Source: Escherichia coli (lineage in GTDB: Bacteria; Pseudomonadota; Gammaproteobacteria; Enterobacterales; Enterobacteriaceae). From it: 64,000 bases of DNA. Within the stretch, counting starts at the first letter, position 1. Every line of letters starts with the position of its first letter. Position numbers and translations under genes: made by a program. The stretch lies in assembly GCF_048403405.1 (NCBI RefSeq), contig NZ_CP183129.1. The stretch is one strand, 5' to 3'. The notes below the pieces were generated by a model that saw nothing but the letters and a program-made list of their open reading frames with translations, had not been told where the DNA came from and made no database searches. Positions 11,771 to 23,282 of the stretch are shown one piece after another.

Positions 11771-12763
11771 TTACAGCTCGCTCTCTTTGTGGAATCCGTC
11801 TTTAACTACCGTTTCTTTGATGTTGTTTTTATTCACATCGATCGGTGTCAGCAGGCGGGAGGGAACATCTTTCAGACCATTATTCAGAGTGGTATCTGCT
11901 TTTGGTTCCTGACCATTGCCCAACTCAACGGCAATTTCTGCGGCAGTATTTGCCAACAATGTAATAGGTTTATACACCGTCATAGTTTGCGTACCGGCAG
12001 CAATACGTTTAATACCTGCGAGATCCGCATCCTGGCCGGAAATTGCTACTTTCCCTGATAAACCTTGCGCACTTAATGCCTGAATTGCCCCACCTGCGGT
12101 GGCATCGTTTGAGGCAACTACAGCATCAATTTTGTTATTATTGGCGGTTAGCGCGTTTTCCATAATTTTCAATGCGTTTTCCGGTAACCAGCCATCAACC
12201 CATTGGTCACCAACGACTTTAATTTTTCCGGAATCAACGTAAGGTTTTAACACTTTCATTTGCCCGGCGCGGAACAGCTTGGCGTTGTTATCTACCGGCG
12301 AGCCGCCCATCAGGAAGTAATTACCTTGCGGAACAATATCGACCAGGGCTTTTGCCTGCAGTTCACCGACTTTTTCGTTATCGAAAGAAATATAAAAATC
12401 GATATCCGCATCGTTAATCATACGGTCGTAAGCTAATACTTTAATACCTTCTTGTTTGGCTTCTTTTACAACGTTACTTAATACCTGACCGTTATACGGA
12501 ATAATGACAAGAACATCGACGCCCCGGTTAATCATGTTTTCAATCTGCGACATTTGTGTTTCTTCATTGCCATTTGCAGACTGTACAAATACTTTCGCGC
12601 CGAGAGATTCTGCCTTTTTCACAAAAATATCTCGATCTTTTTGCCAGCGTTCAAGACGGAGATCATCAATCGCCATACCTATTTTGACTTCTTTGGCGTG
12701 TGCCGCAACGTTGGTAAGCAGAAGTGAGGTGCAAAGGGTGAGTAGAATGTTCTTTATTTTCAT
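11771..12763 (-). CDS. xylF: D-xylose periplasmic binding protein (330 aa)
   Basis: Start set at ATG 12761-12763 (MKIKNILLTL signal peptide) inside a longer ORF; periplasmic binding protein fold. Confidence 0.88.
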   Translation of the reverse strand: MKIKNILLTLCTSLLLTNVAAHAKEVKIGMAIDDLRLERWQKDRDIFVKKAESLGAKVFVQSANGNEETQMSQIENMINRGVDVLVIIPYNGQVLSNVVKEAKQEGIKVLAYDRMINDADIDFYISFDNEKVGELQAKALVDIVPQGNYFLMGGSPVDNNAKLFRAGQMKVLKPYVDSGKIKVVGDQWVDGWLPENALKIMENALTANNNKIDAVVASNDATAGGAIQALSAQGLSGKVAISGQDADLAGIKRIAAGTQTMTVYKPITLLANTAAEIAVELGNGQEPKADTTLNNGLKDVPSRLLTPIDVNKNNIKETVVKDGFHKESEL

Positions 12764-13015
12764 GGTGTAGGGCCTTCTGTAGGTAGAGGACAGCTTTAAT
12801 AAGTAACAATCACCGCGATAAACGTAACCAATTTTTAGCAACTAAACAGGGGAAAACAATTACAGATTTTTATCTTTCGATTACGATTTTTGGTTTATTT
12901 CTTGATTTATGACCGAGATCTTACTTTTGTTGCGCAATTGTACTTATTGCATTTTTCTCTTCGAGGAATTACCCAGTTTCCTCATTCCATTTTATTTTGC
13001 GAGCGAGCGCACACT

Positions 13016-13031
13016 TGTGAATTATCTCAAT
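13016..13031. promoter_or_regulatory. candidate CRP site in the xylF/xylA divergent control region
   Basis: TGTGA-N6-TCAAT in the 365-bp AT-rich divergent intergenic region; exact XylR sites not resolved. Confidence 0.35.
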
Positions 13032-13128
13032 AGCAGTGTGAAATAACATAATTGAGCAACTGAAAGGGAGTGCCCAATATTACGACATCATCCATCACCC
13101 GCGGCATTACCTGATTATGGAGTTCAAT

Positions 13129-14451
13129 ATGCAAGCCTATTTTGACCAGCTCGATCGCGTTCGTTATGAAGGCTCAAAATCCTCTAACCCGTTAGCATTC
13201 CATCACTATAATCCCGACGAACTGGTGTTGGGCAAGCGTATGGAAGAGCACTTGCGATTTGCCGCCTGCTACTGGCACACCTTCTGCTGGAACGGGGCGG
13301 ACATGTTTGGTGTGGGGGCGTTTAATCGTCCGTGGCAGCAGCCTGGTGAGGCACTGGCGTTGGCGAAGCGTAAAGCAGATGTCGCATTTGAGTTTTTCCA
13401 CAAGTTACATGTGCCATTTTATTGCTTCCACGACGTGGATGTTTCCCCTGAGGGCGCGTCGTTAAAAGAGTACATCAATAATTTTGCGCAAATGGTTGAT
13501 GTCCTGGCAGGCAAGCAAGAAGAGAGCGGCGTGAAGCTGCTGTGGGGAACCGCTAACTGCTTTACAAACCCTCGCTACGGCGCGGGTGCGGCGACGAACC
13601 CAGATCCTGAAGTCTTCAGCTGGGCGGCAACGCAAGTTGTTACAGCGATGGAAGCAACCCATAAATTGGGTGGTGAAAACTATGTCCTGTGGGGCGGTCG
13701 TGAAGGTTACGAAACGCTGTTAAATACCGACCTGCGTCAGGAGCGTGAACAACTGGGCCGCTTTATGCAGATGGTGGTTGAGCATAAACATAAAATCGGC
13801 TTCCAGGGTACGTTGCTTATCGAACCGAAACCGCAAGAACCGACCAAACATCAATATGATTACGATGCTGCGACAGTCTATGGCTTCCTGAAACAGTTTG
13901 GTCTGGAAAAAGAGATTAAACTGAACATTGAAGCTAACCACGCGACGCTGGCAGGTCACTCTTTCCATCATGAAATAGCCACCGCCATTGCGCTTGGCCT
14001 GTTCGGTTCTGTCGACGCTAACCGTGGCGATGCACAACTGGGCTGGGATACCGACCAGTTCCCGAACAGTGTGGAAGAGAATGCGCTGGTGATGTATGAA
14101 ATTCTCAAAGCAGGCGGTTTCACCACCGGCGGTCTGAACTTCGATGCCAAAGTACGTCGTCAAAGTACTGATAAATATGATCTGTTTTACGGTCATATCG
14201 GCGCGATGGATACGATGGCGTTGGCGCTGAAAATTGCAGCACGCATGATTGAAGATGGTGAGCTGGATAAACGCATCGCGCAGCGTTATTCCGGCTGGAA
14301 TAGCGAATTAGGCCAGCAAATCCTGAAAGGCCAAATGTCACTGGCAGATTTAGCCAAATATGCTCAGGAACACAATTTGTCTCCGGTGCATCAGAGTGGT
14401 CGCCAGGAGCAACTGGAAAATCTGGTAAACCATTATCTGTTCGACAAATAA
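13129..14451 (+). CDS. xylA: xylose isomerase (440 aa)
   Basis: Start at MQAYFDQLD inside a slightly longer ORF; recognised XylA sequence. Confidence 0.92.
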   Translation: MQAYFDQLDRVRYEGSKSSNPLAFHHYNPDELVLGKRMEEHLRFAACYWHTFCWNGADMFGVGAFNRPWQQPGEALALAKRKADVAFEFFHKLHVPFYCFHDVDVSPEGASLKEYINNFAQMVDVLAGKQEESGVKLLWGTANCFTNPRYGAGAATNPDPEVFSWAATQVVTAMEATHKLGGENYVLWGGREGYETLLNTDLRQEREQLGRFMQMVVEHKHKIGFQGTLLIEPKPQEPTKHQYDYDAATVYGFLKQFGLEKEIKLNIEANHATLAGHSFHHEIATAIALGLFGSVDANRGDAQLGWDTDQFPNSVEENALVMYEILKAGGFTTGGLNFDAKVRRQSTDKYDLFYGHIGAMDTMALALKIAARMIEDGELDKRIAQRYSGWNSELGQQILKGQMSLADLAKYAQEHNLSPVHQSGRQEQLENLVNHYLFDK

Positions 14452-14522
14452 CGGCTAACTGTGCAGTCCGTTGGCCCGGTTATCGGTAGCGATACCGGGC
14501 ATTTTTTTAAGGAACGATCGAT

Positions 14523-15976
14523 ATGTATATCGGGATAGATCTTGGCACCTCGGGCGTAAAAGTTATTTTGCTCAACGAGCAGGGCGAGGTGGTTGCTTCG
14601 CAAACGGAAAAGCTGACCGTTTCGCGCCCGCATCCACTCTGGTCGGAACAAGACCCGGAACAGTGGTGGCAGGCAACTGATCGCGCAATGAAAGCCCTGG
14701 GCGATCAGCATTCTCTGCAGGACGTTAAAGCATTGGGTATTGCCGGCCAGATGCACGGTGCAACCTTACTGGATGCCCAGCAACGGTTATTACGCCCTGC
14801 CATTTTGTGGAACGACGGGCGCTGTGCGCAAGAGTGCGCTTTGCTGGAAGCGCGAGTTCCGCAATCGCGGGTGATTACCGGTAACCTGATGATGCCCGGA
14901 TTTACTGCGCCTAAATTGCTATGGGTTCAGCGGCATGAGCCGGAGATATTCCGTCAAATCGACAAAGTATTGTTACCGAAAGATTACTTGCGTCTGCGTA
15001 TGACGGGGGAGTTTGCCAGCGATATGTCTGACGCAGCTGGCACCATGTGGCTGGATGTCGCAAAGCGTGACTGGAGTGACGTCATGCTGCAGGCTTGCCA
15101 CTTATCTCGTGACCAGATGCCCGCATTATACGAAGGCAGCGAAATTACTGGTGCTTTGTTACCTGAAGTTGCGAAAGCGTGGGGTATGGCGGCGGTGCCA
15201 GTTGTCGCAGGCGGTGGTGATAATGCAGCTGGTGCGGTTGGTGTAGGAATGGTTGATGCTAATCAGGCAATGTTATCGCTGGGGACGTCGGGGGTCTATT
15301 TTGCTGTCAGCGAAGGGTTCTTAAGCAAGCCAGAAAGCGCCGTACACAGCTTTTGCCATGCGCTACCGCAGCGTTGGCATTTAATGTCTGTGATGCTGAG
15401 TGCAGCGTCGTGTCTGGATTGGGCTGCGAAATTAACGGGCCTGAACAATGTCCCAGCTTTAATCGCGGCTGCTCAACAGGCTGATGAAAGTGCCGAGCCA
15501 GTTTGGTTTCTGCCTTATCTTTCCGGCGAGCGTACACCACACAATAATCCCCAGGCGAAGGGGGTTTTCTTTGGTTTGACTCATCAACATGGCCCCAATG
15601 AACTGGCGCGAGCAGTGCTGGAAGGCGTGGGTTATGCGCTGGCAGATGGCATGGATGTCGTGCATGCCTGCGGCATTAAACCGCAAAGTGTTACGTTGAT
15701 TGGTGGCGGGGCGCGTAGTGAGTACTGGCGTCAGATGCTGGCGGATATCAGCGGTCAGCGGCTCGATTACCGTACGGGGGGGATGTGGGGCCAGCACTGG
15801 GCGCAGCAAGGCTGGCGCAGATTGCGGCGAATCCAGAGAAATCGCTCATTGAGTTGTTGCCGCAACTGCCGTTAGAACAGTCGCATCTACCAGATGCGCA
15901 GCGTTATGCCGCTTATCAGCCACGACGTGAAACGTTCCGTCGCCTCTATCAGCAACTTCTGCCATTAATGGCGTAA
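14523..15976 (+). pseudogene. xylB: xylulokinase reading frame broken by a 1-bp contraction in a G run (about 15775-15782)
   Basis: ORF 14523..15875 carries the first 420 codons then reads out of frame; the C-terminal 63 codons (VGPALGAARLAQIAANPEKS...) lie in frame +1 at 15785..15976. 420 + 1 + 63 = 484 codons if one G is restored. Confidence 0.8.
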
Positions 15977-15980
15977 ACGT

Positions 15981-16009
15981 TATCCCCTGCCTGACCGGGT
16001 GGGGGATAA
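15981..16009 (+). terminator. hairpin downstream of xylB (weak terminator)
   Basis: Inverted repeat tatcccc ... ggggata; no strong T-tract. Confidence 0.3.
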
Positions 16010-16143
16010 TTCACATCTATATATATCAGTAATTAATTAATATTTAGTATGAATTTATTCTGAAATCATTTGTTAATGGCATTTTTCAGTTTTGTCTTTC
16101 GTTGGTTACTCGTAATGTATCGCTGGTAGATATGGAGATCGTT

Positions 16144-16485
16144 ATGAAAACCTCAAAGACTGTGGCAAAAATATTATTTGTTGTCGGGGCGCTGGTTTAT
16201 CTGCTTGGGCTATGGATCTCATGCCCATTGTTAAGTGGAAAAGGCTATTTTCTTGGCGTGTTAATGACGGCAACTTTTGGCAACTATGCATATCTTCGCG
16301 CAGAAAAACTCGGGCAACTGGATGATTTTTTTACCCACATCTGCCAGTTAGTTGCGTTAATCACTATCGGTCTCTTGTTTATCGGTGTTTTAAACGCACC
16401 TATCAATGCTTATGAAATGGTGATCTACCCTATCGCCTTTTTTGTCTGCTTGTTTGGTCAAATGCGTTTGTTTCGCCCGGCATGA
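16144..16485 (+). CDS. yiaB: inner membrane protein YiaB (113 aa)
   Basis: Start at MKTSKTVAKI; hydrophobic small membrane protein, paralogous to yiaA. Confidence 0.8.
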   Translation: MKTSKTVAKILFVVGALVYLLGLWISCPLLSGKGYFLGVLMTATFGNYAYLRAEKLGQLDDFFTHICQLVALITIGLLFIGVLNAPINAYEMVIYPIAFFVCLFGQMRLFRPA

Positions 16486-16530
16486 GCAACATAAAGCTCT
16501 TACACATTCAGGAATGAAAGGAATACTGTG

Positions 16531-16968
16531 ATGGACAACAAAATATCAACCTATTCTCCGGCATTCAGTATTGTGTCATGGATAGCTCTCGTTGGTGGTA
16601 TCGTTACCTATCTGTTAGGGCTATGGAATGCAGAGATGCAGTTAAATGAAAAAGGATATTATTTTGCCGTACTGGTATTAGGACTGTTTTCTGCGGCGTC
16701 TTATCAAAAGACCGTTCGGGACAAGTATGAAGGCATACCGACCACCTCCATTTATTATATGACCTGCCTGACTGTCTTTATTATCTCTGTTGCGTTACTG
16801 ATGGTAGGTCTGTGGAATGCGACGTTATTACTCAGCGAGAAAGGTTTTTATGGACTGGCTTTCTTCTTAAGCTTGTTTGGTGCAGTAGCGGTGCAGAAGA
16901 ATATTCGTGATGCCGGAATAAACCCACCAAAAGAAACACTGATTACCCAGGAAGAATACAGCGAATAA
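16531..16968 (+). CDS. yiaA: inner membrane protein YiaA (145 aa)
   Basis: Hydrophobic ORF with internally duplicated YiaAB motif ([18 protein letters not shown] / [18 protein letters not shown]). Confidence 0.8.
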   Translation: MDNKISTYSPAFSIVSWIALVGGIVTYLLGLWNAEMQLNEKGYYFAVLVLGLFSAASYQKTVRDKYEGIPTTSIYYMTCLTVFIISVALLMVGLWNATLLLSEKGFYGLAFFLSLFGAVAVQKNIRDAGINPPKETLITQEEYSE

Positions 16969-16977
16969 TTCACATAA

Positions 16978-17010
16978 GCCCGGTCAGTCCAATGTGACCG
17001 GGCTTTTATT
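16978..17010 (+). terminator. bidirectional rho-independent terminator between yiaA and wecH
   Basis: Stem gcccggtca / tgaccgggc followed by TTTTATTT; overlaps the wecH stop codon. Confidence 0.6.
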
Positions 17011-18005
17011 TAACTCACTAGTCTGTTTCTGTCGATTCGTTGTACCAGCATAGAAAGTAACAAACTCGCTGCCAACGTCGCGCAAAAGATCCAAATAATA
17101 TCGAGTATTGGCCAGTTTTTAAGCTCAATCCCCCGGGTGCGCAGTGCATGGATAATCAAGGCGTGGAATCCGTATATACCCAACGAATGGCGGGAGATTA
17201 AGCCAAGTCCGCGAACAGTACGCGTATCAAGCGTGTTTTTAACCAGAGTCAATAGCGTGGTTGCGCAGATAAAAACCATCGGCCCACAGTAAAGATACCA
17301 GGTATCGGCAAAATTTCCGCGCCACTGCAATTCATATAATGTCCCGCGAGAGATAATAAAAACCCCCGTCGCAAACAGTGCGGCGCACACCCACGACAGT
17401 GCTTTATGCTGTGTGTCCATCATCCCTATAGCGCGGCCCAACATGCCATACAGGATGTAGTAAAAAGTATCGCCATTGATATATAAGTTAATTGGCAGCC
17501 ATTCAAAACCGTCAATTTTCTGCGGCACTGTGTTTGGGTTAGCGATAATGCCAATCACCACCATTAGCACCAGCAACATTTTTCCGCCGACGTTCTTCAC
17601 CTGAATCAGCGGTGAAACCAGATAAATCACCGCAATCGCGAAGAAAAACCACAAGTGGTAAAACACTGGCTTTTGCAGCAGGTTTTTCAGCGCTAACTCC
17701 ATATTGATGGAGGTAAACAGCGCAATGTAGAGCAGTGCGATTGCGCTATAAAAAAGCAGACATAAGCCGATACGCAAGAAATGGCGCGGCTGGGCGCTGC
17801 GTTCGCCAAAAAAGAGATAGCCGGAAATCATGAAAAATAGCGGCACGCTGACACGAGAGGCAGAATTCAGAACATTGGCGATATCCCATGTGACGGGGCT
17901 AACACTATGAGCATTGGTCACATACCAGGTAGTGGTGTGAATCATCACCACCATTAAACACGCTATCCCTCGCAGGTTATCAATCCAGTAAATTTTGGGC
18001 TGCAT
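17010..18005 (-). CDS. wecH: O-acetyltransferase, acyltransferase-3 family (331 aa)
   Basis: 331-aa polytopic membrane ORF recognised as YiaH/WecH. Confidence 0.85.
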   Translation of the reverse strand: MQPKIYWIDNLRGIACLMVVMIHTTTWYVTNAHSVSPVTWDIANVLNSASRVSVPLFFMISGYLFFGERSAQPRHFLRIGLCLLFYSAIALLYIALFTSINMELALKNLLQKPVFYHLWFFFAIAVIYLVSPLIQVKNVGGKMLLVLMVVIGIIANPNTVPQKIDGFEWLPINLYINGDTFYYILYGMLGRAIGMMDTQHKALSWVCAALFATGVFIISRGTLYELQWRGNFADTWYLYCGPMVFICATTLLTLVKNTLDTRTVRGLGLISRHSLGIYGFHALIIHALRTRGIELKNWPILDIIWIFCATLAASLLLSMLVQRIDRNRLVS

Positions 18006-18179
18006 CTGTGTCTCTGTATCTGGTTAAAAAAAGTCTGACCGATAAATCATTCGGTTGGCGCACTGGAATAATCTGAGTTTTATCACTACAGCTTATAGAG
18101 GCTTAAGGAAATTCGTAAGATATCAGCCACTATACCGATATAAATAATAAGACTCACCTGCAAACCAGACGGTAATTTA

Positions 18180-18488
18180 ATGATGATGAACTCTTTCTTT
18201 CCGGCAATGGCGCTTATGGTGCTTATGGCGCTAGTGGGTTGTTCTACACCGCCACCCGTGCAGAAAGCACAACGGGTAAAGGTTGATCCTCTGCGTTCGT
18301 TGAATATGGAAGGGCTATGCAAAGATCAGGCGGCAAAACGCTATAATACAGGTGCGCAAAAAATCGACGTCACCGCATTTGAACAGTTCCAGGGGAGCTA
18401 CGAAATGCGCGGTTATACCTTCCGTAAAGAGCAGTTTGTCTGTTCTTTTGACGCAGATGGCCATTTTTTGCATCTTTCCATGCGTTAA
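18180..18488 (+). CDS. ysaB: small lipoprotein YsaB
   Basis: Signal peptide with lipobox LVGC; short ORF upstream of glyQ. Confidence 0.7.
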   Translation: MMMNSFFPAMALMVLMALVGCSTPPPVQKAQRVKVDPLRSLNMEGLCKDQAAKRYNTGAQKIDVTAFEQFQGSYEMRGYTFRKEQFVCSFDADGHFLHLSMR

Positions 18489-18582
18489 GCCCTGCTTTTT
18501 CCCGTTTCGTACTGTATATCTTCCATCCAGCGGGTATACTGATCCCTTCCTTTAAATCCACACGTATCCAGCACGAAATAAT

Positions 18583-19494
18583 ATGCAAAAGTTTGATACC
18601 AGGACCTTCCAGGGCTTGATCCTGACCTTACAGGATTACTGGGCTCGCCAGGGCTGCACCATTGTTCAACCATTGGACATGGAAGTCGGCGCGGGAACCT
18701 CTCACCCAATGACCTGTCTGCGCGCGCTGGGGCCAGAACCGATGGCGGCTGCTTATGTTCAGCCTTCTCGTCGCCCGACCGATGGTCGCTACGGCGAAAA
18801 CCCCAACCGTTTACAGCACTACTATCAGTTCCAGGTGGTCATTAAGCCATCGCCGGACAATATTCAGGAGCTGTACCTTGGTTCTCTGAAAGAGCTGGGC
18901 ATGGACCCGACCATCCACGACATCCGTTTCGTGGAAGATAACTGGGAAAACCCGACGCTGGGTGCCTGGGGGCTGGGCTGGGAAGTGTGGCTGAACGGCA
19001 TGGAAGTGACGCAGTTCACTTACTTCCAGCAGGTTGGTGGTCTGGAGTGTAAACCGGTTACCGGCGAGATCACCTACGGTCTGGAACGTCTGGCAATGTA
19101 CATTCAGGGCGTAGACAGCGTTTACGACCTGGTCTGGAGCGACGGCCCGCTGGGTAAAACCACCTACGGCGACGTGTTCCATCAGAACGAAGTGGAGCAG
19201 TCCACTTACAACTTCGAATACGCGGATGTGGACTTCCTGTTCACCTGCTTCGAGCAGTACGAGAAAGAAGCGCAGCAGCTGCTGGCGCTGGAAAATCCGC
19301 TGCCGCTGCCAGCCTACGAGCGTATTCTGAAAGCCGCCCACAGCTTCAACCTGCTGGATGCGCGTAAAGCCATCTCCGTCACCGAGCGTCAGCGCTACAT
19401 TCTGCGCATTCGCACCCTGACCAAAGCAGTGGCTGAAGCATACTACGCTTCCCGTGAAGCCCTCGGCTTCCCGATGTGCAACAAAGATAAGTAA
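18583..19494 (+). CDS. glyQ: glycine--tRNA ligase alpha subunit (303 aa)
   Basis: Recognised GlyQ sequence; immediately followed by glyS. Confidence 0.95.
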
Positions 19495-19503
19495 GAGGCG
19501 GCT

Positions 19504-21573
19504 ATGTCTGAGAAAACTTTTCTGGTGGAAATCGGCACTGAAGAGCTGCCACCAAAAGCACTGCGCAGCCTGGCTGAGTCCTTTGCTGCGAACTTTACTG
19601 CGGAGCTGGATAACGCTGGCCTCTCACACGGCACCGTTCAATGGTTTGCTGCTCCGCGTCGTCTGGCGCTGAAAGTAGCTAACCTGGCGGAAGCGCAACC
19701 GGATCGTGAAATCGAAAAACGCGGCCCGGCGATTGCTCAGGCGTTCGACGCTGAAGGCAAACCGAGCAAAGCGGCAGAAGGCTGGGCGCGTGGTTGCGGT
19801 ATTACCGTAGACCAGGCTGAGCGTCTGACTACCGATAAAGGTGAATGGCTGCTGTATCGCGCCCACGTGAAGGGCGAAAGCACCGAAGCACTGCTGCCGA
19901 ATATGGTTGCGACTTCGCTGGCGAAACTGCCGATCCCGAAACTGATGCGCTGGGGCGCAAGCGACGTGCACTTCGTGCGTCCGGTGCACACCGTGACTCT
20001 GTTGCTGGGCGACAAAGTTATTCCGGCTACCATTCTGGGTATTCAGTCCGATCGCGTAATTCGCGGCCACCGCTTTATGGGCGAGCCGGAATTTACCATC
20101 GACAATGCCGATCAGTATCCGGAAATTCTGCGTGAGCGCGGTAAAGTCATCGCCGATTACGAAGAACGTAAAGCGAAGATTAAAGCCGATGCTGAAGAAG
20201 CGGCGCGTAAGATTGGCGGTAACGCTGACTTAAGCGAAAGCCTGTTGGAAGAAGTCGCTTCGCTGGTGGAATGGCCGGCTGTGCTGACCGCAAAATTCGA
20301 AGAGAAATTCCTCGCGGTGCCGTCTGAAGCACTGGTTTACACCATGAAAGGTGACCAGAAGTACTTCCCGGTGTATGCGAACGACGGCAAACTTCTGCCG
20401 AACTTTATCTTCGTTGCCAACATCGAATCGAAAGATCCGCAGCAGATTATCTCCGGTAACGAGAAAGTCGTTCGTCCACGTCTGGCGGATGCTGAGTTCT
20501 TCTTCAATACCGACCGTAAAAAACGTCTGGAAGATAACCTGCCGCGCCTGCAAACCGTGCTGTTCCAGCAACAGCTGGGTACACTGCGTGACAAAACTGA
20601 CCGCATCCAGGCACTGGCTGGCTGGATTGCTGAACAGATTGGCGCTGACGTTAACCATGCTACCCGTGCGGGCCTGCTGTCTAAGTGCGACCTGATGACC
20701 AACATGGTCTTCGAGTTCACCGACACCCAGGGCGTTATGGGGATGCACTACGCGCGTCACGATGGCGAAGCGGAAGATGTTGCAGTGGCGCTGAACGAGC
20801 AGTATCAGCCGCGCTTTGCCGGTGATGACCTGCCGTCTAACCCGGTAGCCTGTGCGCTGGCGATTGCTGACAAGATGGATACTCTGGCGGGTATCTTCGG
20901 TATCGGCCAGCATCCGAAAGGCGACAAAGACCCGTTTGCGTTGCGTCGTGCCGCACTTGGCGTACTGCGTATTATCGTTGAGAAGAACCTCAACCTTGAT
21001 CTGCAAACGCTGACCGAAGAAGCAGTGCGTCTGTATGGCGATAAGCTGACTAATGCCAACGTGGTTGATGATGTTATCGACTTTATGCTCGGTCGCTTCC
21101 GCGCCTGGTATCAGGACGAAGGTTACACCGTTGACACCATCCAGGCGGTACTGGCGCGTCGTCCGACTCGTCCGGCAGATTTCGATGCCCGTATGAAGGC
21201 GGTATCGCATTTCCGTACCCTGGATGCAGCTGCTGCACTGGCGGCGGCGAACAAACGTGTATCCAACATTCTGGCGAAATCTGACGAAGTGCTGAGCGAC
21301 CGCGTGAATGCTTCTACCCTGAAAGAGCCGGAAGAAATTAAACTGGCGATGCAGGTTGTGGTGCTACGTGACAAGCTGGAGCCGTACTTTGCGGAAGGTC
21401 GTTACCAGGATGCGCTGGTCGAACTGGCAGAGCTGCGTGAGCCAGTTGATGCTTTCTTCGATAAAGTGATGGTCATGGTTGATGACAAAGAATTGCGAAT
21501 CAACCGTCTTACCATGCTGGAGAAACTGCGCGAATTATTCCTGCGCGTTGCGGATATTTCGCTGTTGCAGTAA
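19504..21573 (+). CDS. glyS: glycine--tRNA ligase beta subunit (689 aa)
   Basis: 689-aa ORF 9 bp after glyQ; recognised GlyS sequence. Confidence 0.95.
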   Translation: MSEKTFLVEIGTEELPPKALRSLAESFAANFTAELDNAGLSHGTVQWFAAPRRLALKVANLAEAQPDREIEKRGPAIAQAFDAEGKPSKAAEGWARGCGITVDQAERLTTDKGEWLLYRAHVKGESTEALLPNMVATSLAKLPIPKLMRWGASDVHFVRPVHTVTLLLGDKVIPATILGIQSDRVIRGHRFMGEPEFTIDNADQYPEILRERGKVIADYEERKAKIKADAEEAARKIGGNADLSESLLEEVASLVEWPAVLTAKFEEKFLAVPSEALVYTMKGDQKYFPVYANDGKLLPNFIFVANIESKDPQQIISGNEKVVRPRLADAEFFFNTDRKKRLEDNLPRLQTVLFQQQLGTLRDKTDRIQALAGWIAEQIGADVNHATRAGLLSKCDLMTNMVFEFTDTQGVMGMHYARHDGEAEDVAVALNEQYQPRFAGDDLPSNPVACALAIADKMDTLAGIFGIGQHPKGDKDPFALRRAALGVLRIIVEKNLNLDLQTLTEEAVRLYGDKLTNANVVDDVIDFMLGRFRAWYQDEGYTVDTIQAVLARRPTRPADFDARMKAVSHFRTLDAAAALAAANKRVSNILAKSDEVLSDRVNASTLKEPEEIKLAMQVVVLRDKLEPYFAEGRYQDALVELAELREPVDAFFDKVMVMVDDKELRINRLTMLEKLRELFLRVADISLLQ

Positions 21574-21590
21574 TAATGCCGTTATTAAAT

Positions 21591-21617
21591 AGCCTGCCAT
21601 CTGGCAGGCTTTTTTTA
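21591..21617 (+). terminator. rho-independent terminator of glyQS
   Basis: agcctgccatctggcaggct hairpin followed by TTTTTTT. Confidence 0.75.
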
Positions 21618-21871
21618 TCGCTAAATAATACAGCAACCTTTAATAATCTTCTGATGAATAAAGATTATCTCATATATTAATTTTATGAGATTTTTTTAGG
21701 ATTATATCAAGGAGAAGAAACGAACTTATTAAGCTAGAATAGCCACGGGTGCTTGAGACTGTTTGTCTCAGGTATTCACCGAAAGGCAGACAGAGAAAAG
21801 CCCCACCTGACTATAAATCAAAAGTGTACTGCACCCATTTTGTTGGACGATGAAATGGAATAGCCCCTAAT

Positions 21872-22393
21872 ATGTCAAAGCCAAAATACCCTTTTGAAAA
21901 GCGCCTTGAAGTCGTGAATCACTACTTCACAACTGATGATGGTTACAGGATCATCTCGGCACGTTTTGGTGTCCCCCGAACCCAGGTCAGGACATGGGTT
22001 GCCCTCTATGAAAAACATGGAGAAAAAGGTTTAATTCCCAAACCTAAAGGCGTTAGTGCTGATCCAGAGTTGCGTATTAAGGTCGTGAAAGCTGTGATCG
22101 AGCAGCACATGTCCCTTAATCAGGCTGCTGCTCACTTTATGCTTGCTGGTAGTGGTTCTGTAGCCAGGTGGCTGAAGGTCTATGAAGAGCGCGGAGAAGC
22201 TGGTTTACGCGCGCTCAAGATTGGCACCAAAAGAAACATTGCAATATCAGTTGATCCAGAAAAAGCGGCATCAGCATTGGAGCTGTCAAAAGACCGACGC
22301 ATTGAGGATCTTGAAAGGCAAGTTCGATTTCTTGAAACGCGGCTTATGTATCTAAAAAAGCTGAAAGCCTTAGCTCATCCCACGAAAAAGTAA
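21872..22393 (+). CDS. insJ: IS150 OrfA (173 aa, HTH DNA-binding)
   Basis: 173-aa ORF inside IS150 left part. Confidence 0.9.
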   Translation: MSKPKYPFEKRLEVVNHYFTTDDGYRIISARFGVPRTQVRTWVALYEKHGEKGLIPKPKGVSADPELRIKVVKAVIEQHMSLNQAAAHFMLAGSGSVARWLKVYEERGEAGLRALKIGTKRNIAISVDPEKAASALELSKDRRIEDLERQVRFLETRLMYLKKLKALAHPTKK

Positions 22394-23241
22394 AAGTACT
22401 CAACGAGCTAAGGCAGTTTTATCCTCTTGATGAGCTTCTCAGGGCTGCGGAGATACCGCGCAGTACGTTTTATTACCATCTAAAGGCTCTCAGCAAGCCT
22501 GACAAGTATGCGGACGTTAAAAAGCGTATTGGTGAGATTTATCATGAGAATAGAGGCCGATACGGATACCGTAGGGTAACGCTGTCTCTTCATCGAGAAG
22601 GGAAACAGATTAACCATAAAGCTGTTCAGCGCCTGATGGGAACCCTCTCACTTAAGGCAGCGATTAAGGTCAAGCGATACCGCTCTTACAGAGGAGAGGT
22701 AGGGCAAACCGCCCCCAATGTTCTCCAAAGAGATTTCAAGGCTACGCGGCCAAACGAGAAGTGGGTTACCGATGTTACTGAATTTGCAGTCAATGGGCGC
22801 AAGCTGTATTTGTCTCCAGTAATAGATCTCTTCAACAACGAAGTTATTTCTTACAGCCTTTCGGAAAGACCAGTGATGAACATGGTCGAGAATATGCTCG
22901 ATCAGGCATTCAAAAAGCTTAATCCTCACGAGCATCCTGTTCTGCACTCTGACCAGGGATGGCAGTATCGTATGAGAAGATATCAAAATATCCTTAAAGA
23001 ATATGGTATTAAACAAAGCATGTCCAGAAAAGGCAATTGTCTGGATAATGCTGTGGTGGAGTGTTTCTTTGGAACCTTAAAATCGGAGTGTTTTTATCTT
23101 GATGAGTTCAGTAATATAAGCGAACTGAAGGATGCTGTTACGGAATATATTGAATACTACAACAGCAGAAGAATTAGCCTGAAATTAAAAGGTCTGACTC
23201 CAATTGAATATCGGAATCAGACCTATATGCCTCGTGTTTAA
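22336..23241 (+). CDS. insK: IS150 OrfB reading frame (DDE transposase catalytic domain), expressed as OrfAB fusion by -1 frameshift
   Basis: -1 frame relative to orfA is open from 22336 to the stop at 23241; slippery heptamer A AAA AAG at 22354-22360 in orfA frame; no in-frame ATG before 22636, so the 5' boundary is by frame only. Confidence 0.8.
   Translation, partial: NAAYVSKKAESLSSSHEKVKVLNELRQFYPLDELLRAAEIPRSTFYYHLKALSKPDKYADVKKRIGEIYHENRGRYGYRRVTLSLHREGKQINHKAVQRLMGTLSLKAAIKVKRYRSYRGEVGQTAPNVLQRDFKATRPNEKWVTDVTEFAVNGRKLYLSPVIDLFNNEVISYSLSERPVMNMVENMLDQAFKKLNPHEHPVLHSDQGWQYRMRRYQNILKEYGIKQSMSRKGNCLDNAVVECFFGTLKSECFYLDEFSNISELKDAVTEYIEYYNSRRISLKLKGLTPIEYRNQTYMPRV
22354..22360 (+). promoter_or_regulatory. 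programmed -1 ribosomal frameshift heptamer A AAA AAG of IS150
   Basis: Heptamer phased X XXY YYZ in the orfA frame, inside the orfA/orfB overlap. Confidence 0.8.
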
Positions 23242-23282
23242 CTGTCCAACTTTTTGGGGTCAGTACAAAGTGAGGCTACCCT

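Larger units (their letters stand above)
21825..23267 (+). mobile_element. IS150 (IS3 family), complete 1443-bp copy, flanked by 3-bp direct repeat AAG
   Basis: Ends TGTACTGCACCC ... GGGGTCAGTACA are imperfect inverted repeats; length 1443 bp; orfA/orfB with A AAA AAG slippery site; AAG at 21822-21824 and 23268-23270. Confidence 0.92.

Noticed and set aside
14523-15875. Treating the 450-codon ORF as a full-length XylB variant with a novel C-terminus
   Set aside because: The 30 C-terminal residues are out-of-frame translation; the authentic C-terminus is present in the +1 frame immediately downstream, so this is a frameshift.
20230-21210. 326-codon ORF on the minus strand inside glyS (also 19624..20070 and 20337..20726)
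   Set aside because: Fully antisense to the highly conserved glyS coding sequence, no ribosome-binding site or recognisable domain; this is a shadow ORF of the kind seen opposite long GC-rich genes.
22636-23241. The 201-codon ATG-initiated ORF as a stand-alone IS150 transposase gene
   Set aside because: The orfB frame is open 300 bp further upstream and overlaps orfA at a canonical A AAA AAG slippery site; expression as an OrfAB fusion by -1 frameshifting is the established IS3-family mechanism.
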